Shown here: positions 39,808-50,052 of the stretch, in pieces
Layout of the letters: every line of letters begins with the position of its first letter
Numbering within the stretch: the stretch's first letter is position 1
Origin: Acidobacteriota bacterium
Lineage (GTDB): Bacteria > Acidobacteriota > Thermoanaerobaculia > Multivoradales > J023
Direction: 5' to 3'
Assembly (NCBI GenBank): GCA_029263395.1
Contig: JAJCXO010000208.1
Coordinates: forward strand, 79,892 to 143,891
Length of the DNA: 64,000 bases
Made by a program: the position numbers and the translations under genes
The notes under the pieces: model-generated
The model's input: only the letters and a program-made list of their open reading frames with translations
Databases searched by the model: none
Told to the model about the DNA's origin: nothing

Positions 39808-39830
39808 CGTCGCCGGAGCCTCGCCAGGCG

Positions 39831-41918
39831 CTAGGGAGCAGACTCAACGTCGGTATTGTCGTATTTCGCAAACCAAGCCAGCACATGGGCCACCTTGGCA
39901 ATCAGTTGACTGGGACGCGCCGCGATATGGTGAGAGGCGTCTGGAATCTCGACCAGGGCAGTGTCGATCCGGCGCAACTTGAGGGCATGGTAAAGCTGCT
40001 TGGACTCGGACAGCGGCGTTCTGAGATCGGCTGTACCCACCATCACCAGAGTAGGCGTCGAGATGTTGCCAACCAAGGAGATCGGGGAATACTTCAGATA
40101 GGCCTCGGGGTTCTCCCACGGCGCTCCCGGATAACGGTAGTCGTGGTAATAGAAGTAGTTGTCCGCCACCAACGCCTTGCTGTACCAATTGATCACCGGT
40201 TTGACGACGGCCGCGGCGCGAAACCGGTCGGTTTTGCCGACGATCCAGGCGGTCATGATGCCGCCGGCACTGCCCCCAGTCACATAGAGGCGCTCTTCGT
40301 CGATCGAACCTTGGGCGATCACAGCGTCGACACCGGAGATCAAGTCGTCGTAGTCCTGGCCGGGATAGTCGTGGTAGAGCAAGTTGCCGAAGGTTTCGCC
40401 GTAGCCGGTGCTGCCGCGCGGGTTGGCGTAATAGACGACGTAGCCAGCGGCGGCGTAAAGCTGGAATTCGGCCGAGAAGCGATCGCCATAGTTGGTGATT
40501 GGGCCACCGTGGATCTCGAGCAGCAGCGGATACTTCTTGTCGGCCTGGAAGCCTGGCGGCTTGATGATCCAACCCTGGATACGCCGTGCATCGTGAGAGG
40601 ACTCGACCCAAATTTCCTCAACTTCTCCGAGCTCGCGATAGGCCAGCAGATCGTCATTGAGATCGGTGATCCGTCGGGTGTTCGTGCCATCGACGACCAC
40701 GATGTCGGCCGGGTGTTGTGAGTCCGTGGCGGTGTAAGCGAGGGTGCCCGAATTGGAGAACGTAAACGAGCCACCAGGGTACGGTCGTCCCAGCGACGTG
40801 CCACCCAAGTCCTCTGCCAGGACGGTGAGTTTGCCATCGAGAGTGGTTGTTGCGATTTTGGTCACGCCCTGATCGTGGTAGCTGAAGGCCAGGCCTTTGC
40901 CATCCGTGGTCCAGCGCGGCGCGGCGATGCTACGGTCGAGTCCACTGGTCACCAAGCGTTGGTTGCTGCCGTCGCGACGCATCACGTAGAGGCCGGTGAC
41001 CTGGTAGGTCTGGACCTTGTCTTCGTAGCCGAGATAAGCGATCCACTCGCCGTCTGGAGACACCGCGGGATGCCGGTCGGGTCCATTACGTTCGGTGAGC
41101 GGGCGGATCGTCGCCTGGACGGCGGCCGGGGCACCGAGCGCAACTTCATAAATCTCCGAGTTGATGAATTCGTACTCCCAATCCGGGTTGCGATTGGCGG
41201 AGAAGATCAGCGCCTGACCATCCGGTGCCCAGGCTAGCGGGCCTCGGTGGTGGAAGGACCCCGAGGTCACCTGCCTCGCCGTGCCGCCGACCGCCGACAG
41301 CACAAAGAGGTGGTGGTAACCCGGTTCGAGATACCCTTGGCCGTCGGCCTCGTGGTAGACCCGAGTGATCACTTTCGGTGGGTCTGCCCACTCGGCGTCT
41401 TTGGGCTTCTTGGGTGGCTTGACCAACTCTGGCGGTTTTTCGGTGACCAACATCGAGAACGCCAAATGGTTGCCGTCCGGCGACCAGGTGAGACCAGCGG
41501 GGCTCTTGGGCAACTGCGTGAGGCGTGCCGTCTGGCCGGTCTTCATCCAGCGGACAAAAACCTCGCTGCCCTCGTCACTGCCGGCGACGTAAGCAACACG
41601 GCTACCATCCGGTGACCAGCGGGGTGACGATTCCTGGCCTTCACCGGCGTTGAGTTTCCGATGGCCGGAGCCGTCGGTATCAACGATCCACAAGCTGGAT
41701 CGCCTACGGTCCTTCATCACGCTCATTGCGTTGCGCACGTAGACCACCTGTCGGCCGTCCGGCGAGATCTGGGGATCGGACGCATATTCGAGTTGGAAAA
41801 TGTCCGCTTCGGTCAGCACGTTGGGTGCGTCGGTTGCCGGGGAGTCCTGACCAGAGGCCGCGGCAGGGAAGGCTGACAGGATTACGATCACTAACAGGTG
41901 CACGAGCCGATGGGTCAT
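39831..41918 (-). CDS. S9 family (acylaminoacyl/dipeptidyl) peptidase, secreted
   Basis: Signal peptide from MTHRLV; PD40-like propeller repeats; IHGGP, NPRGSTGYG and GGSAGG nucleophile motifs. Confidence 0.94.
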   Translation of the reverse strand: MTHRLVHLLVIVILSAFPAAASGQDSPATDAPNVLTEADIFQLEYASDPQISPDGRQVVYVRNAMSVMKDRRRSSLWIVDTDGSGHRKLNAGEGQESSPRWSPDGSRVAYVAGSDEGSEVFVRWMKTGQTARLTQLPKSPAGLTWSPDGNHLAFSMLVTEKPPELVKPPKKPKDAEWADPPKVITRVYHEADGQGYLEPGYHHLFVLSAVGGTARQVTSGSFHHRGPLAWAPDGQALIFSANRNPDWEYEFINSEIYEVALGAPAAVQATIRPLTERNGPDRHPAVSPDGEWIAYLGYEDKVQTYQVTGLYVMRRDGSNQRLVTSGLDRSIAAPRWTTDGKGLAFSYHDQGVTKIATTTLDGKLTVLAEDLGGTSLGRPYPGGSFTFSNSGTLAYTATDSQHPADIVVVDGTNTRRITDLNDDLLAYRELGEVEEIWVESSHDARRIQGWIIKPPGFQADKKYPLLLEIHGGPITNYGDRFSAEFQLYAAAGYVVYYANPRGSTGYGETFGNLLYHDYPGQDYDDLISGVDAVIAQGSIDEERLYVTGGSAGGIMTAWIVGKTDRFRAAAVVKPVINWYSKALVADNYFYYHDYRYPGAPWENPEAYLKYSPISLVGNISTPTLVMVGTADLRTPLSESKQLYHALKLRRIDTALVEIPDASHHIAARPSQLIAKVAHVLAWFAKYDNTDVESAP

Positions 41919-42003
41919 ATCAATGTCTCCGTTGGTCCGTCGTCTACAACTTAACTTGGTGTTGCTCGCCATCCCGGCTCAGGTTTGCAGGTTCTTCGGC
42001 GGT

Positions 42004-43818
42004 TCAGTGTTCGTTCCGATAGACGACCTTGCCAGCGACGATCGTCGCCAGGATCTTGCCGCCCAAGAGGCTGCCGGGATTAGCTTCGCCGAGCGACAGT
42101 GGATCGATGTCCATTATCGTGACATCGCCCCAACGACCGGGGGCCAAGACGCCGGTGTGGTTTTCCCAATGGGCCGCGTAGGCCGACCACGAAGTGTAGC
42201 CGCGTAGCGCTTCTTCCGGCGTCATGGTCTGTTCGGGGTACCAGCCAGCCGCCGGTTGCTGTTGTTTGTCGCGGCGGGTGATAGCGGCGTGTAAGCCATA
42301 GAAAATGTTGTGATCCGAACCGCTGAGATCGGAATTGAAGGTCAGCCGAGCACCGGCCTGGCGCAGCGTCCGCCAAGCGTAGGCGCCGCGGATCCGTTCC
42401 GCGCCGACACGATCCTCAGCCCAGGTCATGTCTTCGACCGCGTGCGGCGGCTCCATCGATGCGATGACTTCGAGCGGGGCGAACCGTTGGAAGTCGTCGG
42501 GATGGATCACCTGTGCATGTTCGATCCGGTGGCGATGTGATTTAGCGGTTGAGTCCTCCGCCAGCACACCCTCGATGAAATCCAACGTTTCACGGTTGCC
42601 GGCGTCACCGATCGCGTGGATGCCTACCTGGAAGCCACCGCGCATCATGTCGGCGACCAGCTCTTCGTCGAAGCCATAGTCGTCGCCGCTGGTGCCTCGG
42701 TGCCCAGGCGTGTCGGAGTAGTCGGCGAGCAGGCGGGCACCTCGAGAGCCGAGGGCAGCATCGTAATAAGCCTTCACCGAGCGCACCGCTAGATGGCTGT
42801 CGATACCCGCCTGCGGACCCTTGGCGAGCCAGGTTCGGCACAATTCGGCATCCCGGGCCGACAACATGGCGTAAACCCGAATCGGTAACTCGCCAGCTTG
42901 CTCCAAGGCTTCCAGAGCCGCCATATGGTGACTCGCCGAGCCAGCCTCATGGACCGCGACGTAGCCGTCCTGTGCCATCCGTCGCAGGCCCGCCAGCACA
43001 TAACCCTTGAACTGGTCCGCCGTCGCCTCCGGCACCGCCGCCGTCAGCAATGAGCCCGCACGATTGAGCACGATGCCAGACGGTTCGCCACTCGCATCGC
43101 GCAAAATCTCACCGCCGTCCGGGTCCGGCGTGTCGCGGGTGATGCCAGCCTTGTCGAACGCCAGGCGATTACCCCACACCGCAAAGCCGTGTAATGACTC
43201 GAGCACCACCGGGTGGTTCGGTACCTGCCGGCTCAGCAACTCCATCGTCGGGTAACGATTGGCCCACGCCCCTTCATCCCAGCCCCGGCCAAGGATCCAC
43301 TCACCGTCGGGGGTTGACGCCGCCCGCTCCACCACCTTGGCGACAGCCTGTACCTCATCGGCGATGCCGATCAGATTGACCTGGACTGCCAACTCGCCGA
43401 GCCCGGCAACATGGGTGTGGGAGTCGACCAGTCCGGGCAGCACCGTGGCGCCGCCGACGTCCAGTAGCTCGGTGCCGTCACCGATGTAGGCTTTGACGTC
43501 CTCCGAGCTGCCGACAAACACAATCTCGCCATCTCGAATCGCCACTGCCTCGGCGTCCGGTTGCCAGCCATTTGCATCGTGCGGCGCATCGGCGGCCGGC
43601 GTGCCATCGGCGGCGGGTTCACCCCACGAGAAGGTGTAGACCCGTCCCTGAGTGATGACCACATCCGCCGCCTCGGATGACGTGGCGGCATTCGTTCCTT
43701 CCTCCGGCGCCGCACAGCCCGCCAGCGCCATCAGCAACCCGGCGGTGAACAAAAAAAGGGGGACCAGTGCGTGACAGGGCCTGCCTCCGCGAGTCGATTC
43801 GACGTGGCGCATCATCAT
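42004..43818 (-). CDS. Amidohydrolase-3 (YtcJ-like) lipoprotein
   Basis: Lipobox LAGC; PGLVDSHTH, IHAIGD and HRIEHAQ motifs. Confidence 0.92.
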   Translation of the reverse strand: MMMRHVESTRGGRPCHALVPLFLFTAGLLMALAGCAAPEEGTNAATSSEAADVVITQGRVYTFSWGEPAADGTPAADAPHDANGWQPDAEAVAIRDGEIVFVGSSEDVKAYIGDGTELLDVGGATVLPGLVDSHTHVAGLGELAVQVNLIGIADEVQAVAKVVERAASTPDGEWILGRGWDEGAWANRYPTMELLSRQVPNHPVVLESLHGFAVWGNRLAFDKAGITRDTPDPDGGEILRDASGEPSGIVLNRAGSLLTAAVPEATADQFKGYVLAGLRRMAQDGYVAVHEAGSASHHMAALEALEQAGELPIRVYAMLSARDAELCRTWLAKGPQAGIDSHLAVRSVKAYYDAALGSRGARLLADYSDTPGHRGTSGDDYGFDEELVADMMRGGFQVGIHAIGDAGNRETLDFIEGVLAEDSTAKSHRHRIEHAQVIHPDDFQRFAPLEVIASMEPPHAVEDMTWAEDRVGAERIRGAYAWRTLRQAGARLTFNSDLSGSDHNIFYGLHAAITRRDKQQQPAAGWYPEQTMTPEEALRGYTSWSAYAAHWENHTGVLAPGRWGDVTIMDIDPLSLGEANPGSLLGGKILATIVAGKVVYRNEH

Positions 43819-43905
43819 GGTGGTTTCCTTTCGAGTCGCGGGTGGGGCGGGTGTTGGGCGGGAAACCTACCACAAGGAGTCCAGGCTAGATCAACGGGCT
43901 GGTTC

Positions 43906-45333
43906 TCAACCTCCGAACAACACGAACGGTGCCCAGGCATGAGGATGAGCACGATCGGGACGATCGAGCAAGCTGAGCTTGGCTCGACGCAGGGCGGCGG
44001 CGGGGGAGCTCGGATCTTGTTGTAGCTCGCGGTAGAAGATCGTCATCAGCTCGCGGGTGCTGGTGTCTGCGACCCGCCACAGGCTGGCGAGGAGGCGATC
44101 AGCACCGGCGTAGACGAAGGCGCGGGAGAGGCCGAGCAATCCTTCACCGCGGTAGAAGCGACCGAGGCCGGTTTCATAGGCGGAAAGGGTGACAAGGTCG
44201 GCCGAGAGGTTGAGCTCGACGATTTCAAAGGCTTGCAACAGCCCGTCTTCGCCGTCGTCGGAGTGCGACAACAGCAGGGCGGATTGGGATGGGATGGTGG
44301 TATCCACCAGGCCATGGGTGGCGAAGTGAAGGTAACGCGCCTGGTGGACGGTAGGGTCTTCCTTGAGGCGCCGCTCGAGAGCGTTTTCGGCGGTGTAGAT
44401 GCGGGTCCGCTCTGGCGGGAAAAGCTCGGCAATGGAGCGAATTTCGTCAGCACTGGCGAGCAGACGTCCTAGCCCCTTGGCTCCAGAGATACCGGAGCGT
44501 TTAGCCGCTTGGCGTGTTGCATCGCTGGGCAGTGGGTCGCCGAAGCCCATGAAGTCGACGGCCCAGCTGGGGTCGGTCGGGCGCAGTCTGGTGAGGCTGG
44601 CAAGGACGCTGGCCGAGGGTGCGTAGGTAACCTCCATAGAGCGCAACAGGAACGGCATCTCGGCGTAAGAGCTCGGTGCTGTTGCGCCGGCCGAACGTGG
44701 TGCTGTCAGGACCTCGAAGGCGGCGTGGTTGCGAGACCAGCTGGCGCAACGCATCCACTTGGGTTGCAAGCTCGGTCTCTCCGGGCAGGGGATAAACCGC
44801 CAGGTGGTTGCGGGTGAGGGCGAACAACCACGAACGGGCGTCTCCAACGTGGTATTCCAGCATGAGTTGGTCGTCTGCGAGCAGCGCTTAGGCGTCTGCC
44901 AGCGAGAGCGGCTCAGGCTCGAAGACCTTGGCGTAACGGGGCTGGTTCAGGCGCAGAGTCTGTTTGGCTCGCTCGAGCTCACCGAGGGTCGATTCGAGCT
45001 GGTGCCGCAGGCTTATAGCGTCTTCCGCGGTGGCTTGAGACAGTTCGCCTTGGTATTGCCGCACAGATTTTGCAGCTCGATCGCAACGTCGGTATCGAGC
45101 TGTTCGAGACGCAGGTGCAGCACGTGCTGGGCAGGCAGTTGGATCTGCCACTGGCGCTGGCCGTCCGGTGTCGCCTCCGGTCCGACGGTCAATAGGGAGT
45201 TTTTGCCGGGTATTGGCGGCTCGGGCGGTTTGGGGCGGGACGGGGTCTGAGGCCTTGCCTCGACGATCGAAACGAATCCCGGCGCGATCGCCGCCCACAA
45301 CAAGACGAGGAGCGCGACCCGCCAGCGTTTCAC
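43906..45333 (-). pseudogene. Degraded CHAT-domain (caspase-like) protein
   Basis: GTG start overlaps the upstream stop. Frameshifting deletions at ~45070 and ~44718; in-frame TAA at 44888-44890. CHAT motifs are HFATHG, LVTLSAYETGLG (Cys replaced by Tyr), SLWRVAD and HPHAWAPF. Confidence 0.85.
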
Positions 45334-46110
45334 CGCGAATTTTCCGGTTGACGGTCGATGGCTAATTGATACTGCTCGATCTGGCGTCGTTGATCCCATT
45401 CGAGCGCAAAGATCTCCAGAGTCACGTGTTCGACCCTGGAGGGGATCCTCAAACTGAGGGTGTACTCGCCCCGCGGATCGCGCTCCAGACCTTGTGCCGT
45501 CCAGAACACCGTACCGGCCTGGTCGCTCGCCTCAATCGCCAGCCGAGAGGATCCGAGATCTTGCTCCGAGACCAGAATCAGCACGACGCGATTGTTGCCC
45601 TCGGCCAATGTTACCGTCGGGGTTGGGATTTCTTCGCCGCGCAAAACACCATCGGCTGGCAACATCTCGACGATCGGTACGTTGAGTTGGCCGTCGGCAA
45701 TCCGGCCGGTGGTTTGGGGTGCTGTCGGCCCGTAAGCCTGCCACCAGACGAGCGACGCGGCGACCGTCGCCACTAGCGCCGCCGCTACCGCCGCCAGCCA
45801 AACGGTTCGCCGGGTTGAGGGTGTTGTTTGGGTCGTCGAGGGTTGATCCGGAACACGCTTAGGTGGTTGCGGCATCGACGTCTGAGGCATTATCGTGATC
45901 TCGCCCCGATCCACCGCGTTCACCAGCATGCGACCCTGACGCAACAACGCGACCTCTTGCCGCCCCGCCTCCGAACGTTTCAGATACGCTTCGATCAGGG
46001 TGCGATCTTCGTCGTCAAGCGCATCTTCGACATATGCCACCAGATCCTCCGCCGGTGGTTCTGCGGCATGCAACTGCCAGACCGTGCGACTTTCTTCCAA
46101 AGCCTCGCTA
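45330..46110 (-). pseudogene. 5'-truncated anti-sigma-factor-like membrane protein
   Basis: Degenerate zf-HC2-like segment AEDLVAYVEDAL...IEAYLKRSEAGRQEVALL, one TM helix and a periplasmic domain. No plausible start; upstream of ~46110 the frame runs antisense into the next gene. Confidence 0.6.
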
Positions 46111-46137
46111 GAATAGGGTCGACTGGAGATACCTTCG

Positions 46138-46323
46138 ATGACCAAGGTTAAGATTTTCAAATCGTTCGAAGAAGAGAATGCAGCCGAGTATCGTCGGCGG
46201 GCGCGAATGACACCTGAGGAACGGCTCGCGGAGTTCGCTATAGTTCAGAAGCGAGCCTGGGGAGAGGACTGGGCATCACAACCGATCGTCAAGAAGGCGA
46301 CCTGGGAAAAAGTCTCTTGGTGA
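46138..46323 (+). CDS. Small protein paired with a nucleotidyltransferase (putative antitoxin-like partner)
   Basis: 61 aa, GGAG RBS, 'MTPEERL' motif; ends 7 bp before the NTase gene. Confidence 0.65.
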   Translation: MTKVKIFKSFEEENAAEYRRRARMTPEERLAEFAIVQKRAWGEDWASQPIVKKATWEKVSW

Positions 46324-46330
46324 GCGATCC

Positions 46331-46780
46331 GTGATTTTCTCCCAGGAAATGAAGGACCTGGTCAGAATCTTCAATGCGCATGGGGTTCAATATCTTCTGG
46401 TTGGAGGTCATGCAGTCAATTATTATGGCTATGTCAGAGCCACTCAGGACATCGATTTTCTAATCTACCCGTCTGCTGAGAATGCTCCCAGAGTGATGGC
46501 CGCGCTCAGCGAGTTCGGTTTTGGCGGTGCAGGGATTCCTCAAGATGCCTTCACGTACCCAGGCACAGCAGTTCATCTTGGAGTAGAGCCCAACAGAATC
46601 GACCTGTTGACTCACCTCAAAGGGATTAGCAGCGATCAGCTGTTCACTAACCGAAAACAGATCGAGATCGAAGAAACTCCTGTCGAGATCATCTCTCTCG
46701 AAGACCTGATTGCAGCCAAGAGGCTCTCGAGACGTCTCAAGGATCTTGCTGACGCAGAAGAGCTTTCGAGTCTTCGATGA
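46331..46780 (+). CDS. Minimal nucleotidyltransferase-fold protein (DUF6036-like)
   Basis: YLLVGGHAVNYYGYVRATQDIDF, RIDLLT and LIAAKRLSRRLKDLADAEEL motifs. Confidence 0.82.
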   Translation: MIFSQEMKDLVRIFNAHGVQYLLVGGHAVNYYGYVRATQDIDFLIYPSAENAPRVMAALSEFGFGGAGIPQDAFTYPGTAVHLGVEPNRIDLLTHLKGISSDQLFTNRKQIEIEETPVEIISLEDLIAAKRLSRRLKDLADAEELSSLR

Positions 46781-47331
46781 TCCCAGCTGTGGTGCGGAGT
46801 GGCACTCGTGCCGGATGCCTCTCAGGTGTCCACATCCTCACCCCTGCGTTACCTTTTTGCGGTCTCTCCTTTACAGTGCCGCTGCCCCCGAGATCCGACT
46901 ATCCGAGAGATCTCTCCACTCTCGGGAACCACCTCAAGCGCTGTCGTCTGGATCAGGGCCTCTACCAGAAAGAGGTCGCCGAGCAGCTCGGTGTCTGTGT
47001 GCACACGGTCCGGAATTGGGAATCGGGGCAAACGGCGCCTGGAATCCGGCACTGGAGAGCTATCATACGGTTCCTGGGGTACGATCCGCATCCGGCGCCG
47101 AGGACGCTCGGTGAGCGGATCTTCGCTGCCCGCCGCCAGCTCGGTATGACGTACCGGGAGCTGGGCGTGGTGCTCGGTGTTCCTGCCGACGCGGCGCGAG
47201 GTTGGGAGGTGCACGGGTACGCGCCGAGGAAGGCGACCCTCACGCGGGTCGAGGAGTTCCAGAGGACGGTGCCGAGCGTGCGGTATTGGCGGGAGTCGCC
47301 GTCTTCTCAATCCAGGGCTAGTAACGGTTGA
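46777..47331 (+). CDS. Tandem XRE-family HTH protein (start uncertain)
   Basis: LGNHLKRCRLDQGLYQKEVAEQLGV...VRNWE and a second HTH LGERIFAARRQLGMTYRELG...RGWE. Confidence 0.7.
   Translation: MIPAVVRSGTRAGCLSGVHILTPALPFCGLSFTVPLPPRSDYPRDLSTLGNHLKRCRLDQGLYQKEVAEQLGVCVHTVRNWESGQTAPGIRHWRAIIRFLGYDPHPAPRTLGERIFAARRQLGMTYRELGVVLGVPADAARGWEVHGYAPRKATLTRVEEFQRTVPSVRYWRESPSSQSRASNG
46800..46863 (+). repeat. 64-bp dispersed direct repeat, copy 1
   Basis: 53/64 identical without gaps to 50053-50116; the last 34 bp are 33/34 identical. Confidence 0.85.
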
Positions 47332-47456
47332 ATCTGTGGCGGCGGCGCTTAAGCTCTTCATCTGCTTCGCGATCGACCAGATCAGGTTCATAGTCTGAAG
47401 CGAGGACCTCGCATAGCAGCACGAGCCAGGAGCTAGAGCTTGCCTGAATGACCTGT

Positions 47457-48158
47457 TCAGTGAGGATCCATACGTCGCGCCGAGGAAGTCTTAATCCAGC
47501 ATCGAGCTAAGGGCAACTCCCGCCCGGCTTCGTCGGCCCCTTGTCGAGCTGCAGGGGCGCCGGAGCCATCGAACACCAGCGCGGCGCTGCCCGCGGTCAC
47601 GAGAGTCCACCCGACCTTCACCGGCTGTGTGCAACGCAGGGTGTGGAGCGCTTCGGCAGTATCCGAAGCCAGGGTACCCTTGACGACGCCCGCGGTCGCG
47701 TCTTTCCAGGTCAGGGCGTCGAGCTTGACAGTACGGGTTGTTTGGTTGGCGGGATCGATGACCTTGCCGGTCACCTTGCTGCCATCGAGTTTGAAGCCGG
47801 GATAGGCGGCGAGCCAACGTTTGGGCATCTGGATCTCGACCGAGTCGCCGAGCTTGATGTTCGTGTTCCAGTTCTTGATCGTCGCCCGGGTGACCGCGAC
47901 CCGCAACAGGCCGTCCTTGAGCAGGCGGCCCCCCTTGATCTCGAGCCCAATCTTCTTCGGCCCTTGGGCAGGATAGATGCGCGCGTCACCGGCGTAAACC
48001 TGTCCCTCACTGGTCCACACGCGAATGTTGCGATCGGCGTAGCCGTTGCTGCCGAAGCCCTCGGGCGGCGTGTCGACGCTGTCAAAAGTGGCGATGATGC
48101 CGCGCATATTCGGTAGTACCACGACGTTCCGGGTGTGCTGGCTGCCGAGGGTGACCAT
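47457..48158 (-). CDS. Hypothetical protein, probably the 3' fragment of a longer gene
   Basis: Strong GC3 codon bias. The frame stays open about 30 codons upstream of the ATG (…ARILVEGDRLWRSTMVTLGSQ) until a TGA near 48250. Confidence 0.55.
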   Translation of the reverse strand: MVTLGSQHTRNVVVLPNMRGIIATFDSVDTPPEGFGSNGYADRNIRVWTSEGQVYAGDARIYPAQGPKKIGLEIKGGRLLKDGLLRVAVTRATIKNWNTNIKLGDSVEIQMPKRWLAAYPGFKLDGSKVTGKVIDPANQTTRTVKLDALTWKDATAGVVKGTLASDTAEALHTLRCTQPVKVGWTLVTAGSAALVFDGSGAPAARQGADEAGRELPLARCWIKTSSARRMDPH

Positions 48159-48442
48159 GGTGCTGCGCCAGAGGCGATCTCCTTCGACCAGAATCCTAGC
48201 GGGAACGCCGGTTTCTCGTTTCCATTGGACCAGTTTGCGGGGAGCAGGTCACCGGGCAATACATTGGGTGGCTGCTTCCAAGTCTCAATTCCAGTCTAAG
48301 TGCATTATCATTGGTGAAGCGTTGTAGCCCGCCATCATGTGCTGGCCCGTTTCTGAGCGCCGGAGATTCTAAGAGGCTGCTGCCAAACAGGCCTCGACTG
48401 CCGTGAGGTTGCTCTACTTTCACTACGCACTCGGGAGGATTA

Positions 48443-48949
48443 ATGGGCGAGAAGTACAGTCGCCGGATACTCAAAATCGTAGGGTGGCTCACTGCCGGTC
48501 TTGCACTCCTCATAGGAGGTCTTCTCACACAGGTGGGCAAAAACCTCGGCGATCTACCGTTCAGGTCCACTGATCCACCGGCTGAGGAGACCCCTGACTC
48601 AACCAAGATTGGGTCATCTTTAGAACCTCCAGTCAAACAAAGCCCTTCAGGCACCACGCCAAGCGAGGCTAGTTCTCAGCTCCCGGAAGGACTCAATGTA
48701 GCAGCCCAGAAGATGATTGGATTTACCCTGGTTCTCGACTCCAATGCCGCTTCAACTATCGTTAGCATAGATGGAGAGCCAGCCCCGATCCACGAACAAG
48801 GACTCACCACTTTAAAAATCAAGGCGCCAGTTGGACCTCACCTCTTCACTCTTGACCGTCAAGATGGTTATTCTTGCTCCTTTAACCAAGTTGTCGATCG
48901 CTCGACTACAAGCATCAGTCCAAAATGTAATTGGGAGAAACGCCAATGA
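48443..48949 (+). CDS. Hypothetical membrane-anchored protein, PEGA-like C-terminus, lower GC
   Basis: GGAGG RBS, N-terminal TM helix, Pro/Ser linker, 'VSIDGEP...GPHLFTL' segment. Confidence 0.7.
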   Translation: MGEKYSRRILKIVGWLTAGLALLIGGLLTQVGKNLGDLPFRSTDPPAEETPDSTKIGSSLEPPVKQSPSGTTPSEASSQLPEGLNVAAQKMIGFTLVLDSNAASTIVSIDGEPAPIHEQGLTTLKIKAPVGPHLFTLDRQDGYSCSFNQVVDRSTTSISPKCNWEKRQ

Positions 48950-49836
48950 TCCGGACGATTTTGATTATCCTCGCCCTCTTTTATCCCGCTCCGGCGGCCG
49001 CTGATAATATTTCTGCATACGTTTGGGATTTTGCGACACGTAAAGATGAACAGACGGATCTCTCCGCGAATCTAACACGAGAATTTGAAGAAGCTATAAG
49101 CTCCCTGAACTCTCAGTTCACCATACTGAACGGGCGAGATCCCAATCGCTTCACCAGTCATCGGGAGAACGTAAAAACAATACAAACACTTGTTGGCGCC
49201 TCGCAAGCGCTCGTCGATGAAATGAAGTCTTTTCGGGTAGATCAGGTCATTTTTGGTGAAGTGCATGATGACGTGGCAAGTGGCGAACTGGTTCTGACGG
49301 TTACATTCGAGACGCTGGAGGGAAAGAAGGTGCTCATCAAGAGCGGCTCGATGAAGCGAGGGCTACAGGCTGATCGCAATGCTCGCGTAGCGATGGTTCA
49401 GCGTATTGTAGATGCACTTGGTTCTAGGACACGAAATGTCGAACGCCTGTCGTCTGATGGCTTTATTATTGATCTTGTCGAATGTAGGCGGGCCTCTAGG
49501 GTGATTACTTGTAGCTTTACAGTTACGAATGACGGCGAAGATCGTGAGTTTTTTGTGTACAGCTCCAAGAAGACCAGGCTTTTTGATAATCAGAATAATC
49601 AGTTGAATCCTGCGAGCGAAAGGAGCTCTGTGGCGCTCGCCAATCAGATCCGGAATGCATCTTTTGGAACAAAGGCATTCTTGGCCGCGTCCGTTCCGAC
49701 GTCGCTCGCGGTTGCTTTTGACCAAGCGTCGACATCTGCTACCAAGATAGTTCGTTTAGATCTTGGATGCTGGGAGTCTGATCATGAAAAAGACTTTACG
49801 GTTACGTTTCGAAACATTGTTATTAAGCAAGATTGA
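48946..49836 (+). CDS. Secreted two-domain protein (CsgG/TolB-N-like plus Ig-like), lower GC
   Basis: ATGA overlap at 48946-48949; signal peptide MIRTILIILALFYPAPAAA; 'VWDF...LTREFEEAI...VIFGEV' segment; C-terminal 'CRRASRVITCSFTVTN'. Confidence 0.7.
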   Translation: MIRTILIILALFYPAPAAADNISAYVWDFATRKDEQTDLSANLTREFEEAISSLNSQFTILNGRDPNRFTSHRENVKTIQTLVGASQALVDEMKSFRVDQVIFGEVHDDVASGELVLTVTFETLEGKKVLIKSGSMKRGLQADRNARVAMVQRIVDALGSRTRNVERLSSDGFIIDLVECRRASRVITCSFTVTNDGEDREFFVYSSKKTRLFDNQNNQLNPASERSSVALANQIRNASFGTKAFLAASVPTSLAVAFDQASTSATKIVRLDLGCWESDHEKDFTVTFRNIVIKQD

Positions 49837-50052
49837 CCTGGCGGGCTAACAGTGGCAGTGCCAGATATTGCCGTCTTCTTCTGAAGAGAGGCGCTAGGCC
49901 TATGCTCACTTGAATCGGAATTCTAGCCTGGGATGCGCTTGGCGCCATCAAACGCGGACCACGCGACAGTGGATCTACACAGTCCTGCCAGGCAAGAGCC
50001 AACTCCAACTCGGATTCGCGACCGGTACCGTTCGACGAGTTGGAGTGAGCAA

